A stretch of DNA of 64,000 bases from Thermoplasmata archaeon (GCA_036404475.1 DASWZL010000019.1:7181-71180); one strand, 5' to 3'; positions 44,964 to 54,916 are shown, counted from the stretch's first letter. The notes: generated from the letters alone by a model not told the origin. Made by a program: numbers and translations.

Positions 44964-45772
44964 AGGTACCCCTCCTCCTTCGCGCGCGCGCGGAGCGCGG
45001 GGTCGCCCCAGGCGAAGACGCTCGTGCGTCGGTCCACCGTGAGCGGGAACGATTCGACCGGCTGCCCCTTGGCGTCGCTCATGCCGCCGCCGGCCTCGAG
45101 CAGGATCCGGTAGGCGGCGGCGAGGTCCGTGGCCCGGAGGTTCCGCGTCTCGGACGTGTTCTCGAAGAAGTACCCGTCCGCGCTTCCCTGGGCGACCATC
45201 AGGATCTCGAGCGACGCGCATCCGAGCGAGCGGATCCGACGGGACTTCACCGCGAGTCGGGTCGCCCGCTCGGTCGCCGGTCGGCCGAGGCTCACGAAGA
45301 AGATCTCGCTGCGGGGGTTCCAGGTCCGGGTCCGAATCCGACGGCCGTCGCGGAACGCCCCCTGGCCTCGGGCGGCCCAGTAGGTCGTTCCACGATGGAG
45401 GTCCCGGACGAGGCCGACGTCGATCCCGGCGAGGTCGCGGCGGCCGAGGGCGAGCGAAACCGTGGAGAAGGGGAGGTTCCGCAGCGCGTTCGACGTCCCG
45501 TCGATCGGGTCCACCACGAGGGTGCTCTGTCCGCCGCGGGACACGTGACCGATCTCCTCCGATAGGAGATTCCAGTCCACACCCTCGACGTCGAGGACCT
45601 TCAGGATCTCGGTCTCGGCGAGCCGGTCGAGCTCTTCGGTCGGAGTTCCATCCGCACCCATTGCGACGACATCGGCCCGGTGCGGCGACCCTTCCGCGTC
45701 GCGGACGACCTGCTGGACCGCGACGCTGATCCGGTAGAGGATCTCAAGCTCCGCCCGTGCCGGTCCGGCCAC
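44960..45772 (-). CDS. Inositol monophosphatase-family phosphatase (candidate NADP phosphatase / FBPase-IMPase)
   Basis: Family motifs: EEIG, VVDPIDGTSN, ATDLAAAYRILLEAGG. Confidence 0.85.
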   Translation of the reverse strand: MAGPARAELEILYRISVAVQQVVRDAEGSPHRADVVAMGADGTPTEELDRLAETEILKVLDVEGVDWNLLSEEIGHVSRGGQSTLVVDPIDGTSNALRNLPFSTVSLALGRRDLAGIDVGLVRDLHRGTTYWAARGQGAFRDGRRIRTRTWNPRSEIFFVSLGRPATERATRLAVKSRRIRSLGCASLEILMVAQGSADGYFFENTSETRNLRATDLAAAYRILLEAGGGMSDAKGQPVESFPLTVDRRTSVFAWGDPALRARAKEEGYL

Positions 45773-45857
45773 GCCTCCCGCACGGGAGCGCCGTTAAAGT
45801 GGCTTCCCTGCCGGGTCGCTCGTGGTACGTTAAGAGGGGAAACCGCTCGGCCCGCCG

Positions 45858-47090
45858 ATGGAACTGCAATTCCTTGGCGGTGCGTCGGAGATCGGCTCCC
45901 TCGGGCTGGTCGTCCGAGACCAGGGCCGAACCCTGCTCTTCGACTACGGGCTGACGCCGACCGACCCCCCGACGTACCCGCGCCCCGCTCCGACCAACGT
46001 CGACCTCGCCTTCCTCTCCCACGCCCACCTGGACCACTCGGGCATGACGCCGCTCCTGAGCCGGCTCCCCAAGGCTCGGCTCATCGCGACCCCCGTCACG
46101 ATCGCGGTCGCCGACCTCCTCACGAAGGACGCGCTCAAGATCGCCCGGCTCGAAGGGTACCTCGCACCCTACACCCCCTCCGACATCCACTCGCTCCACG
46201 CTCGGTTCACCGCGGTCGACCGCCACGGGACGTTCCGCCATCGCGGCATCGAGGTCGAGATCACGCCGGCGGGGCATATCCCCGGGGCCTCGATGATCCT
46301 GTACCGCGGGGCGAAGGATGTCCTGTTCACGGGCGACCTCCAAACGACCCCGACGCACCTCGTGGGGGGGGCGGAGCCGCTCGAATGCGACGTCCTCGTC
46401 ATGGAGTCGACCTACTCCGGACGGGAGCATCCGGACCGTCGCGAGACCGAACGGAGGTTTCGCGACAAGATCGAGGAGACGATCGATCGGGGCGGAAAGG
46501 CCATCGTGCCGGCGTTCGCGGTCGGCCGCGCACAGGAGGTCATGATGGCACTCGCATCGGCCGGATTCGAGACGTACCTCGACGGGATGGCGCGCTCGGT
46601 GAACGAAATCTACGAAGCCGCCCCGGAGTACCTCGCCGACGCGCGCCGGTTCCGTCGGGCGCTCGAGGGCGTCCACGTGGTCGAGCACCCCGGAGACCGA
46701 CGGAAAGCGCTCCGCGAGGCCGAGGTGATCGTCACTACCGGCGGCATGCTGGACGGTGGACCGGTGCTCTACTACATCGGCGAGCTTTACCGGGATGCGA
46801 ACAGCTCGATCCTCCTCACCGGTTTCCAGGTGGAAGGGTCGAACGGTCGCCAACTCCTCGACCAGGGCACCCTCACGGTCGACGACACCGTGATCCACCC
46901 GTCGTGCGAGGTCATGCAGTTCGACTTCTCGGCCCACGCCGGGCACTCCGAACTGGTCCGGGTGGCGAAGGAATCCCGCGCCGAGACCGTCGTGCTCATG
47001 CACGGCGACCACCGCGACCCCCTGCGGGAGGCCCTCGAGTCGACGTGCCGGGTCATCCTCCCCGAGAACGGGAAGACCTTCGGCATCTGA
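45858..47090 (+). CDS. Beta-CASP metallo-beta-lactamase RNase (aCPSF2-like, no KH domains)
   Basis: SHAHLDHSG (HxHxDH) is present, with beta-CASP motifs further on. It is 410 aa. Confidence 0.85.
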   Translation: MELQFLGGASEIGSLGLVVRDQGRTLLFDYGLTPTDPPTYPRPAPTNVDLAFLSHAHLDHSGMTPLLSRLPKARLIATPVTIAVADLLTKDALKIARLEGYLAPYTPSDIHSLHARFTAVDRHGTFRHRGIEVEITPAGHIPGASMILYRGAKDVLFTGDLQTTPTHLVGGAEPLECDVLVMESTYSGREHPDRRETERRFRDKIEETIDRGGKAIVPAFAVGRAQEVMMALASAGFETYLDGMARSVNEIYEAAPEYLADARRFRRALEGVHVVEHPGDRRKALREAEVIVTTGGMLDGGPVLYYIGELYRDANSSILLTGFQVEGSNGRQLLDQGTLTVDDTVIHPSCEVMQFDFSAHAGHSELVRVAKESRAETVVLMHGDHRDPLREALESTCRVILPENGKTFGI

Positions 47091-47155
47091 ACCGGCCCTG
47101 TCTCAGGACGTTTCGACCTCGACCCGGCCGCCCTCGATGCACGCCGGGAAACCGG

Positions 47156-48256
47156 TCAAGACGCACGGTCCCGGGGCCCCCCGCGACGGGGGGGCGACCG
47201 ACGGGCGGGGCGTTCCTCGAAGTCGGGTTCGGTCATCGGTTCCTCGATGAGGGTCTCTTGGATCGGAGGAAGCTCCCCGCGTGGGCGGACGAGCGCCCGG
47301 ACCTGCGCCTCCAGGGAGTCGAGGCCCTCTCCGGTGGTCGCCGAGACCTGGAGGCGGTCGGTCGACCGGCGGACGAGGTCGCACTTGGTCTCGACCGCGA
47401 TGATCGGGAGCTGGGGGAACTCCTCCTTCCAGCGAGCGAGCAGACTCTCCTGTTCCTCGACGGGATACCCGCACTTTCCCGAGGGGTCGATGACGAACAC
47501 CACGACCGTCGCGACGCCGCCGACGGCAGTGCGGGCCTCCGCCTCGGCGGGGTTCGAACGCCCGGTTCGCCCCAACACCCCCGGGGTATCGAGCACTTGC
47601 AGTCGGTCGAATCCGAGGTCGGCGTGGCCGACGGCGATCGAGAGCGTGGTGAACGGGTAGTCGGCTACCTTAGGGTGCGCCGAGGAGAGTCGCGCCACGA
47701 GCGAGGACTTGCCGACGTTGGGGAATCCGGCGATGACCAGCGTCGGCGCGGCCGGGTCGAGGTGCGGCCGGTCGTCGAGGAACCGTCCCATCTCGCGAAG
47801 GAGCTCAAGGTCCGCGTCGATCTCGCGAACGAAGCTCGATAGCCGGCCGTAGAACGCTCGGATCTGGTCGCCCAGCTCTTCGGAGCCCGAGGCCCCCTTC
47901 GTGGCCCGCTCGGCCGCCTGAGCGAGACCGCGGATCCGCTCCTCGGCGCGTCGCACCCGGGTGAGGGCGCGTTCGAGGCTGCCGGAACCGAACGCTTGCG
48001 CCAAGAGCGTCGCTTCGAACGCCGTGGGAGGGCTCCGGACGAATCGCCGGGTCTCGAGCCGAAGGTGGCGGACGACGGTCGCCGAGCTCCGCACGATCTT
48101 GAGTTCGGCCCGAAGGCGATCGCGGGCGGCCTTGTTCTCCCCGCGCGGCGTCGCGAGGGACGCCCGGTGGAACGCGATGTCGAGGATCGCGACCGAGGGC
48201 GGCGGCGTGGGCGGTGGTCGCCGGCCGCTCCCGCGTCGTGCCCGAACCTGCGTCAT
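47156..48256 (-). CDS. Nog1-type GTP-binding protein
   Basis: It starts at MTQVRARR (ATG 48254-48256). GTPase motifs are GFPNVGKSS, DTPG and TKCD. An N-terminal NOG1-like helical domain is present. Confidence 0.8.
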   Translation of the reverse strand: MTQVRARRGSGRRPPPTPPPSVAILDIAFHRASLATPRGENKAARDRLRAELKIVRSSATVVRHLRLETRRFVRSPPTAFEATLLAQAFGSGSLERALTRVRRAEERIRGLAQAAERATKGASGSEELGDQIRAFYGRLSSFVREIDADLELLREMGRFLDDRPHLDPAAPTLVIAGFPNVGKSSLVARLSSAHPKVADYPFTTLSIAVGHADLGFDRLQVLDTPGVLGRTGRSNPAEAEARTAVGGVATVVVFVIDPSGKCGYPVEEQESLLARWKEEFPQLPIIAVETKCDLVRRSTDRLQVSATTGEGLDSLEAQVRALVRPRGELPPIQETLIEEPMTEPDFEERPARRSPPRRGGPRDRAS

Positions 48257-48401
48257 GGTCTCCCCGAACTCAGCCCGCCGTCCCGAATACCTTTGCCCTT
48301 CTCCGGGCTTGCCGAGGTCGACACCGGTCGCCTCCTTCGTTCGTCCGGCGAAACGAGAACGATTTATGGCCACCACCGTTCCCAAGCGTTGGTGAGCCTC
48401 C

Positions 48402-49784
48402 GTGCCGCGTTGGATTCCGGATGAGCCGGGCGAGGAGGCATCGCTTCTCGAAGCGTTGGGGATCAGTTCGACGGACGCGCTGTTCACGGACGTGCCAAAA
48501 CGGGCCCGCATCGGTCGCATGGGCGTAGGTCCGGCCCGGGACGAGCCGGAGGTCGTCGCGGAGGTGGACCGGCTCCTCGAGCGGAACCGGCCGATGTCCA
48601 AGTTCTCGAGCTTCCTCGGGGGTCGAATCGTCGGTCGCTATTCTCCCGCGGCGGTCGACGCCATCGTCTCCCGCAGCGAGTTTTACACGGCGTACACCCC
48701 GTACCAGGCCGAGGCCAGCCAGGGAATGTTGCGCACCCTGTTCGAGTTCCAGAGCCTCTGGGTCGAGATGACCGGGCTCGACGTGGCGAATGCCTCGCTC
48801 TACGACGGGGCGACCGCGGCGGGGGAGGCCCTCCTGTTCTGTCGGAGGCTCCACGAGGGCACGCGCTTCCTGGTCCCGGCCAGTCTCCCCTGGGAGGAGC
48901 GAAGCGTCCTCGAAAACTACGCGAGCGGACCGGGGCTCCGGGTCGAAGGGATCCCGTACGACGACCGCACCGGGCGGCTCGATCTCGAGTTCGTCCGGGC
49001 TGCGGTCGCGAAGAAGGACGTGTTCGGGGTCCTCGCCGACGTACCGAACGGGTTCGGCCACGTGGACGAGGGTGTTCCCGAGCTCAAGTCGATCCTGGGA
49101 GACGTTCCGCTCGTGGTCGCGGCCGACCCGCTTTCGCTCTCGGTCCTCGAAGCGCCGGGGAACTACGGGGCCGACGTGGTCGTCGGGGAAGGCCAGGGGT
49201 TCGGGATCGCCCCCTCGTTCGGGGGACCCCTTCTCGGGTTGTTCGCGTGCCGCAAGGAACACGTGCGGTCCGCCCCCGGGAGGATCGTGGGTGCGACCCT
49301 CGACACCGAGGGGCGTCGCGCGTTCGCGCTGACCCTCGTCACCCGCGAGCAGCACATCCGCCGTTCGAAGGCCACCTCGAACATCTGCACGAACGAATCG
49401 TTGATGGCCCTCGCGTTCGTGGTGTACGCGAGCGTCGTCGGTCCGCGAGGTCTCGCGCGGCTTCAGGCCTCCCTCGCCGAGAGGGCGCGCACCCTCGCGA
49501 GCGGCCTCGGTAGCATCGAGGGCCTTCAAGCGCCGCGGTTCGACGCTCCGTACCTCGGCGAGTTCACGGTCGAAGTGCGCCGCGGCACGGCCGAGGAGTT
49601 CCTCGACCGCTTGCGACGTCGCAAGGTGCTCGGCGGGCACTCGCTGAAGGACCCGCGGCCGGGCGCGACCCCAGAGGCAGAACGGATCCTCGTCGGGATC
49701 CCCGAAGCTACCAGCGAGAAGGACATCCAGAAGTACGTACGGGCCGCCCAGGCCGCGATCGGCGCGGTCGGGAGGACGGCATGA
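48402..49784 (+). CDS. gcvPA: Glycine dehydrogenase (decarboxylating) subunit 1
   Basis: YTPYQAEASQG and NASLYDGATAAGEA are present. It is coupled to gcvPB through an ATGA overlap. Confidence 0.95.
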   Translation: MPRWIPDEPGEEASLLEALGISSTDALFTDVPKRARIGRMGVGPARDEPEVVAEVDRLLERNRPMSKFSSFLGGRIVGRYSPAAVDAIVSRSEFYTAYTPYQAEASQGMLRTLFEFQSLWVEMTGLDVANASLYDGATAAGEALLFCRRLHEGTRFLVPASLPWEERSVLENYASGPGLRVEGIPYDDRTGRLDLEFVRAAVAKKDVFGVLADVPNGFGHVDEGVPELKSILGDVPLVVAADPLSLSVLEAPGNYGADVVVGEGQGFGIAPSFGGPLLGLFACRKEHVRSAPGRIVGATLDTEGRRAFALTLVTREQHIRRSKATSNICTNESLMALAFVVYASVVGPRGLARLQASLAERARTLASGLGSIEGLQAPRFDAPYLGEFTVEVRRGTAEEFLDRLRRRKVLGGHSLKDPRPGATPEAERILVGIPEATSEKDIQKYVRAAQAAIGAVGRTA

Positions 49785-51247
49785 CGTTCCGTCAGGCCCG
49801 CTGGGACGAGCCGGCCGTCTGGGACATTTCTCCCCCGCGGAGCACGGAGGCTCTCCCCGAGATCTCAGGGATCCCCGAGAGACTACGACGCAAAGAGGCG
49901 GTCCGGTGGCCCGAGCTCTCCGAGCTCGAGGTGGTGCGTCATTACACCCGTCTCTCGCAGATGAACTTCGGGATCGATACCGCTACCTACCCGCTCGGGT
50001 CGTGCACGATGAAGTACAACCCGAAGGTCACGGAGCTTCTCGCCCGTCGCAAGGGAGCCGCCGAGGTCCACCCGTACCAACCCGAGGCCACCGTTCAGGG
50101 TTCCCTCGAGGTGTTCTGGCGGCTCGAACGGGTCCTCTCCCGAATCACGGGCCTTCCCGAGATCTCGCTGCAACCGGCCGCGGGGGCGCACGGGGAGTAC
50201 GCGGCGATGCTGATGGTGCGCGCGTACTTCCGCGACCAGGGTGAACTCGCGGAACGGACCGAGGTACTCCTGCCGGACACCGCCCACGGCACCAACCCCG
50301 CCTCGGCGAGCATGGCGGGGTTCACGACGCGGGAGATCCGGGACAGGGACGGCAGCGTCGACGTCCAGGAGCTCCGTCGTACTGTTTCGAAGAAGACGGC
50401 GTGCTTCATGCTGACGAACCCGAACACGGCCGGTCTGTTCGAGAGCGAGATCCTCGAGATCGCCGAAACAGTTCATGGCGTCGGCGCCCTTCTGTACTAC
50501 GACGGGGCGAACCTGAACGCCATCCTCGGCGTGACCCACCCGGGCCGGATGGGATTCGATGTCGCCCACCTGAACCTCCACAAGACGTTCTCCACTCCCC
50601 ACGGCGGCGGCGGACCCGGCGCCGGCGTGCTCGCGTCGGGGGACAAGCTCGGTCCGTATCTGCCCGTCCCGCGCATCGTGAAGGAAGGGCGGAAGTTCCG
50701 GCTCGACTACGACCGGCCGAAATCGATCGGGAAGATCAAGACCGCCTACGGGAACTTCGGGCTCGACCTGAGGGCGTACGCGTTCATCCTCTCGCACGGC
50801 GAGGAGGGGCTGAAGCACATCTCGCGGCGCGCGGTCCTCAATTCGAACTACGTCGCCTCCCGTCTCGGGAAGTACCTTCCCCGTCCGTTCCGCACCCTCG
50901 TCAAGCACGAGTTCGTCCTTTCGGGCGCGCCGCTCAAGGAACGGGGCCTGCGGACGGTCGACCTCGCGAAACGCCTCCTGGACGAGGGGGTCCACGCGCC
51001 GACGGTCTACTTCCCCGCGCTCGTCGACGAGTCGCTCATGGTCGAGCTTCCCGAGACCGAGAGCAAGCGGGAACTGGACGGATACATCGCGGCGTTCGAG
51101 CGGGCGATCTCGGACACCGCCGAGAACCTGCACGCCGCTCCTCGGTCGCTCGCCGTGACCCGGGTCGACGAGGTCCGCGCCGCACGCGAGCCGCTCCTCT
51201 CGTGGAAGGACCTGCGCGCCGCCGGCGCAAAAGCTGAAACCCCCTGA
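49781..51247 (+). CDS. gcvPB: Glycine dehydrogenase (decarboxylating) subunit 2
   Basis: GSCTMKYNP, NLHKTFSTPHGGGGPG (PLP Lys) and other family blocks are present. Confidence 0.95.
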   Translation: MTFRQARWDEPAVWDISPPRSTEALPEISGIPERLRRKEAVRWPELSELEVVRHYTRLSQMNFGIDTATYPLGSCTMKYNPKVTELLARRKGAAEVHPYQPEATVQGSLEVFWRLERVLSRITGLPEISLQPAAGAHGEYAAMLMVRAYFRDQGELAERTEVLLPDTAHGTNPASASMAGFTTREIRDRDGSVDVQELRRTVSKKTACFMLTNPNTAGLFESEILEIAETVHGVGALLYYDGANLNAILGVTHPGRMGFDVAHLNLHKTFSTPHGGGGPGAGVLASGDKLGPYLPVPRIVKEGRKFRLDYDRPKSIGKIKTAYGNFGLDLRAYAFILSHGEEGLKHISRRAVLNSNYVASRLGKYLPRPFRTLVKHEFVLSGAPLKERGLRTVDLAKRLLDEGVHAPTVYFPALVDESLMVELPETESKRELDGYIAAFERAISDTAENLHAAPRSLAVTRVDEVRAAREPLLSWKDLRAAGAKAETP

Positions 51248-51262
51248 CGGATAGGGCGGGCC

Positions 51263-52369
51263 ATGAAAGCCCGCGTTCAGAAAGTATTCGAGCGCCTCGA
51301 CCCTAAGCCGGATGCTCTCCTCCTCGCGAATGCAGTCGACCCGCACCTGGACCAGTCGTTCTTCTACCTGTTCGATGTGCCCGCCGGCCTCTTCGAGGGC
51401 TCGGTGGCGATCGCGCATCCGGACGGGGAGCTGGACGTCATCAGCTCGCCGCTCGAAGCGGAGACCGCGTTCGAGGCCGCGAAGGCCGACCCTCACGTGC
51501 ACGTGGAGGTCGTGAACCGGGACGAGTCCGACCCGGTGATCGAAAAGAAGCTCCAGGGCGTCGGAACGGTCGGCCTCAACTACAAGGAGCTCACGCACGA
51601 GTGGTACGTTCGACTTGCAAAGCTCCTTCCCGAGACCCGATGGCCCGATGCGTCGGTCGGCATCCGCAACGCCCGGGTGACGAAGGAACCCGAGGAGATC
51701 GAGCGGATCCGAAAGGCGGCCCAGATCGGCTCCGAGGTGGGACGCGAGATCCCCTCGCTCCTCAAGACCGGCATCACCGAGCTCGAGCTCTCCGCTCAGA
51801 TGGAGTACCGGATGAACCTGCACGGCGCGAGCGGCCGGTCGTTCGCCACCATCGTAGCTTTCGGTCCCCACGGTGCCGAGCCCCACTACCAGCCCGGGGA
51901 GTATCGACTGAAGCCCGGGCAATCGATCGTCTGCGATTTCGGTGCGATCCACCGGCGCTACGTCAGCGACATCACACGGTCGTTCCACTTCGGTCCGCGC
52001 GACGAGGAGATGAAGGCGGTCCACGACACGGTCGAGGCCGCCCAGGCCGCGGCGCTGGCCGCCATCCGGCCGGGAGTCCCGGCACGGGAAGTGCACCTCG
52101 CGGCCGAGGGCGTCATCAACGCGTCGCGTTGGAAAGGTCGGCTCACCCACGGGGTCGGCCACTCGATCGGGCTTGCGGTACACGACGGTTGGGGATACGG
52201 CCCGAAGGCGGAGGACCTGGTCGAGGAGGGGATGGCGTTCACGGTCGAGCCGGGCATCTACCTTCCCGGAAAGGGGGGAGTGCGGATCGAGGACGACATC
52301 GTGGTCACGAAGAACGGCTACGAGTTCCTCACCACCGCGCCCCGGTCGTACCACGAGGTCCCGGCGTGA
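51263..52369 (+). CDS. M24-family Xaa-Pro peptidase
   Basis: The DITR, HGVGHSIGL, EPG and IED metal-ligand blocks are present. Confidence 0.9.
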   Translation: MKARVQKVFERLDPKPDALLLANAVDPHLDQSFFYLFDVPAGLFEGSVAIAHPDGELDVISSPLEAETAFEAAKADPHVHVEVVNRDESDPVIEKKLQGVGTVGLNYKELTHEWYVRLAKLLPETRWPDASVGIRNARVTKEPEEIERIRKAAQIGSEVGREIPSLLKTGITELELSAQMEYRMNLHGASGRSFATIVAFGPHGAEPHYQPGEYRLKPGQSIVCDFGAIHRRYVSDITRSFHFGPRDEEMKAVHDTVEAAQAAALAAIRPGVPAREVHLAAEGVINASRWKGRLTHGVGHSIGLAVHDGWGYGPKAEDLVEEGMAFTVEPGIYLPGKGGVRIEDDIVVTKNGYEFLTTAPRSYHEVPA

Positions 52370-53388
52370 AGTTCGGAGTCTTGACGGGCGGCGGAGACTG
52401 CCCGGGACTGAACCCCGCCATCCGCGCCGTCGTTCGCCGCGCGGCCAAGTTCGGCCACGAGACGGTCGGTTTTCTCGACGGCTGGAAAGGGGTCCGGGAC
52501 GACATGAGCCGCCGGCTGGCGGTCTCGGACGTGGCGGACCTCCTCGGGAAAGGGGGCACGATCCTGGGCAGCTCTCGGACCAACCCGTTCGCCAAGGAGG
52601 CCGATGCGACGAAGGTCCTCGAGACCTTGGCGCGGCACCGCCTGGATGCCCTCGTGGCGATCGGCGGGGACGACACGCTCTCCGCCGCGCGCGAGCTTCA
52701 CCGACGGGGAGGCCATGTGGTCGGCGTCCCCAAAACGATGGACAACGACGTCGGTGGCACCGACTGGACGTTCGGGTTCCATTCCGCGACCGCGGTCGCC
52801 GTGGACGCTCTCGAACGGCTCCGCGACACCGCCGGTAGCCACCACCGCGCCATCGTACTCGAGGTCATGGGCCGCCACGCCGGTTGGGTCGCGCTCGCGA
52901 CCGGACTTGCGGGCGGGGCGGACGTGACGCTGGTCCCCGAGGAAACGTACGATGAGGCGGCGCTGCTTGAGCACGTCCGCTCGGCCGTCCGGGCCCGCGG
53001 GTATGCGCTTGTCGTGGCCAGCGAGGGGGTCGACCTCGGCCCGCGCCGAGGCGCGGCCGGGGCGAAGGACGAGTTCGGTCACGAGCTCCTTCGGGAGAGA
53101 GAGGTCGGGTCCGAGCTCGCGCGCCGGATCCAAGAGGGGACGGGCGTGGAGACCCGCAGCGCCCAGATCGGGCACATCCAGCGCGGTGGCCCGGCGGTGC
53201 TCTTCGACCGGATCCTCGCGACCCGCCTCGGAGCCTGCGCGGTCGACCTCGCGATCGCGGGTCGGTTCGGAGAGGTCGCCGTCCTGCGGGGCCCGAACGT
53301 GACCGGGATCCCTCTCGACGAGGCCCTCGGTCATCCGAAGACGGTGACCCCGGACTGGCTCGACCTCCTCCATACGTTCGACGCCTAG
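52366..53388 (+). CDS. pfkA: PfkA-family 6-phosphofructokinase with PPi-type signature residues (GTG start overlapping upstream stop)
   Basis: Family motifs: GVLTGGGDCPGLN, IGGDDTLSAA, VPKTMDNDVGGTD. Confidence 0.9.
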   Translation: MKFGVLTGGGDCPGLNPAIRAVVRRAAKFGHETVGFLDGWKGVRDDMSRRLAVSDVADLLGKGGTILGSSRTNPFAKEADATKVLETLARHRLDALVAIGGDDTLSAARELHRRGGHVVGVPKTMDNDVGGTDWTFGFHSATAVAVDALERLRDTAGSHHRAIVLEVMGRHAGWVALATGLAGGADVTLVPEETYDEAALLEHVRSAVRARGYALVVASEGVDLGPRRGAAGAKDEFGHELLREREVGSELARRIQEGTGVETRSAQIGHIQRGGPAVLFDRILATRLGACAVDLAIAGRFGEVAVLRGPNVTGIPLDEALGHPKTVTPDWLDLLHTFDA

Positions 53389-53397
53389 GGGCCGCCG

Positions 53398-54390
53398 ATG
53401 CCGGTTCGTGCGCTCTGGTATCGCGGCGGGACCCTCCACCTCATCGACCAGCGGGAACTGCCCGGGCGGACCGTCGTCCGCCACCTGCATCACGTTCGGG
53501 AGGTGGCCGATGCGATCCGCTCGATGACCGTGCGCGGAGCGCCGGCGATTGGGGTCGCCGCCGCGTACGGAATGGTCCTCGCCCACGGCGAAGGGTCGTT
53601 CTCTCCCGAACGCGCGGCGAAGCAGCTTCGGGCCACCCGCCCGACCGCGCACGACCTCGCGGTCGGCATCGAAGCGGTCCGGACCGCCTGGGTCGCGGGC
53701 GAGGACCCCCTCGCCGCGGCGGACCAGTATCGGACGGAGATCGTCGAGGAGTGCCATCGCATCGGCATCGCCGGAGCGCCCCTCCTCCGGCGGGTTCATC
53801 GGGTCCTGACGCACTGTAACGCCGGAGCGCTCGCCACCGTGGAGTGGGGGACGGCCCTCGCCCCGATCCGGGTCGCCCGCGCTCAGGGCGCGGACCTGTT
53901 CGTTTGGGTGGACGAGACACGGCCGCTGCTCCAGGGCGCCCGGCTCACGGCGTGGGAGCTCGCACGCGAGAGGATCCCCCATGCTGTGATCGTCGACAAC
54001 GCCGCGGGAGCGTTCATGAGGGCGGGCCAGGTCGACGCGGTCATCGTCGGCGCCGACCGCATCGCCCGCAACGGGGACTTCGCGAACAAGATCGGCACCT
54101 ACGAGAAGGCGGTCGTCGCCCGGGAGAACGGGATCCCGTTCTACGTCGCGGCCCCGTGGAGCACGTTCGACGCCCGGCGACCCGACGGAAGGACGATCCC
54201 GGTCGAGGAGCGTGCGGAGGAGGAGGTTCTCGAGCTGGCGGGCCGGCGGATCGCGCCGCGGACGAGTCGCGCGCGGAACCCGGCGTTTGATGTAACGCCC
54301 GCGAAGTACGTCACGGCGTTCGTCACTCCCCGGGGTGTCGTCCGTCCGCGGGATCTCAGCGCGGTCCTCGCTCGACGCCCTTCTACGTGA
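53398..54390 (+). CDS. mtnA: Methylthioribose-1-phosphate isomerase / eIF-2B-related isomerase
   Basis: Family motifs: VRGAPAIGVAAAYG, THCNAGALAT, VGADRIARNGDFANKIGTY. Confidence 0.9.
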   Translation: MPVRALWYRGGTLHLIDQRELPGRTVVRHLHHVREVADAIRSMTVRGAPAIGVAAAYGMVLAHGEGSFSPERAAKQLRATRPTAHDLAVGIEAVRTAWVAGEDPLAAADQYRTEIVEECHRIGIAGAPLLRRVHRVLTHCNAGALATVEWGTALAPIRVARAQGADLFVWVDETRPLLQGARLTAWELARERIPHAVIVDNAAGAFMRAGQVDAVIVGADRIARNGDFANKIGTYEKAVVARENGIPFYVAAPWSTFDARRPDGRTIPVEERAEEEVLELAGRRIAPRTSRARNPAFDVTPAKYVTAFVTPRGVVRPRDLSAVLARRPST

Positions 54391-54425
54391 CCTCGGCCAT
54401 CGGGTCCCTCATCGCGTCCGAGCGA

Positions 54426-54569
54426 TCAGAGGGGCTGCGCAAGGAAGTGTTCGGTCCCGCGCAGCATCGAACCCAGACTGGACGTCACGTCGACCCCGAG
54501 CTGATGGAGGAACAGGACCAGGCACAGTATCCCTAGGATCGCGAGAGCCCAGCTCGTCACGGCGGTCAT
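54426..54569 (-). CDS. Possible 47-aa single-TM peptide
   Basis: It starts at an internal Met of the track ORF: MTAVTSWALAILGILCLVLFLHQLG... Confidence 0.3.
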   Translation of the reverse strand: MTAVTSWALAILGILCLVLFLHQLGVDVTSSLGSMLRGTEHFLAQPL

Positions 54570-54803
54570 CGTCGTCGCCTCGTCGGTAGCGATAGAAACG
54601 GGGGCGTGCGCTACATAAACGGAATCCTCGACTCGCAACGCAGGTCACATCAGGCCCTAGCATCTTGCTGGCCGAACGCGCGCGCGCACGCCCGCCGGGG
54701 CGGGAGCGAACGGACCCTCCGGTGTCGGACGGGACCGCACCGACCCGAGGGAGCGGGACCGCGAGTAACATTCATAGCAGGGAACGGTTAGCGCCTCGGG
54801 GTT

Positions 54804-54909
54804 GCCCTGGTAGTCTAGTGGTCTAGGATGTAGGTCTGTCGAGCCTGCGACTCGGGTTCGAAGGAGCCGGGGGTCCGACGCCCCCGGACCGGAACTCCCG
54901 ACCAGGGCG
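54804..54909 (+). tRNA. tRNA-Asp (anticodon GTC) with a ~33-nt intron inside the T-loop (about 54863-54895); no encoded CCA
   Basis: I folded it by hand. Acceptor GCCCTGG/CCAGGGC is perfect. The D-arm is GTCT-AGTGGTCTA-GGAT. The anticodon arm is TAGGT-CTGTCGA-GCCTG. The T-arm TCGGG-TTCGAA[intron]T-CCCGA closes only once the insert is removed. The discriminator is G. Confidence 0.85.
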
Positions 54910-54916
54910 CTCCCCG

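Noticed and set aside
45680-47842. 720-aa plus-strand ORF, together with 45744..47012 (-)
   Set aside because: These are Arg/Pro-rich alternative frames over the beta-CASP RNase and Nog1-type GTPase genes.
49883-52354. 823-aa minus-strand ORF
   Set aside because: It is antisense to gcvPB and the M24 peptidase, both of which carry clear family motifs. Its composition is typical of a GC-driven open antisense frame.
52318-53982. 554-aa minus-strand ORF
   Set aside because: It is antisense to the phosphofructokinase and mtnA genes.
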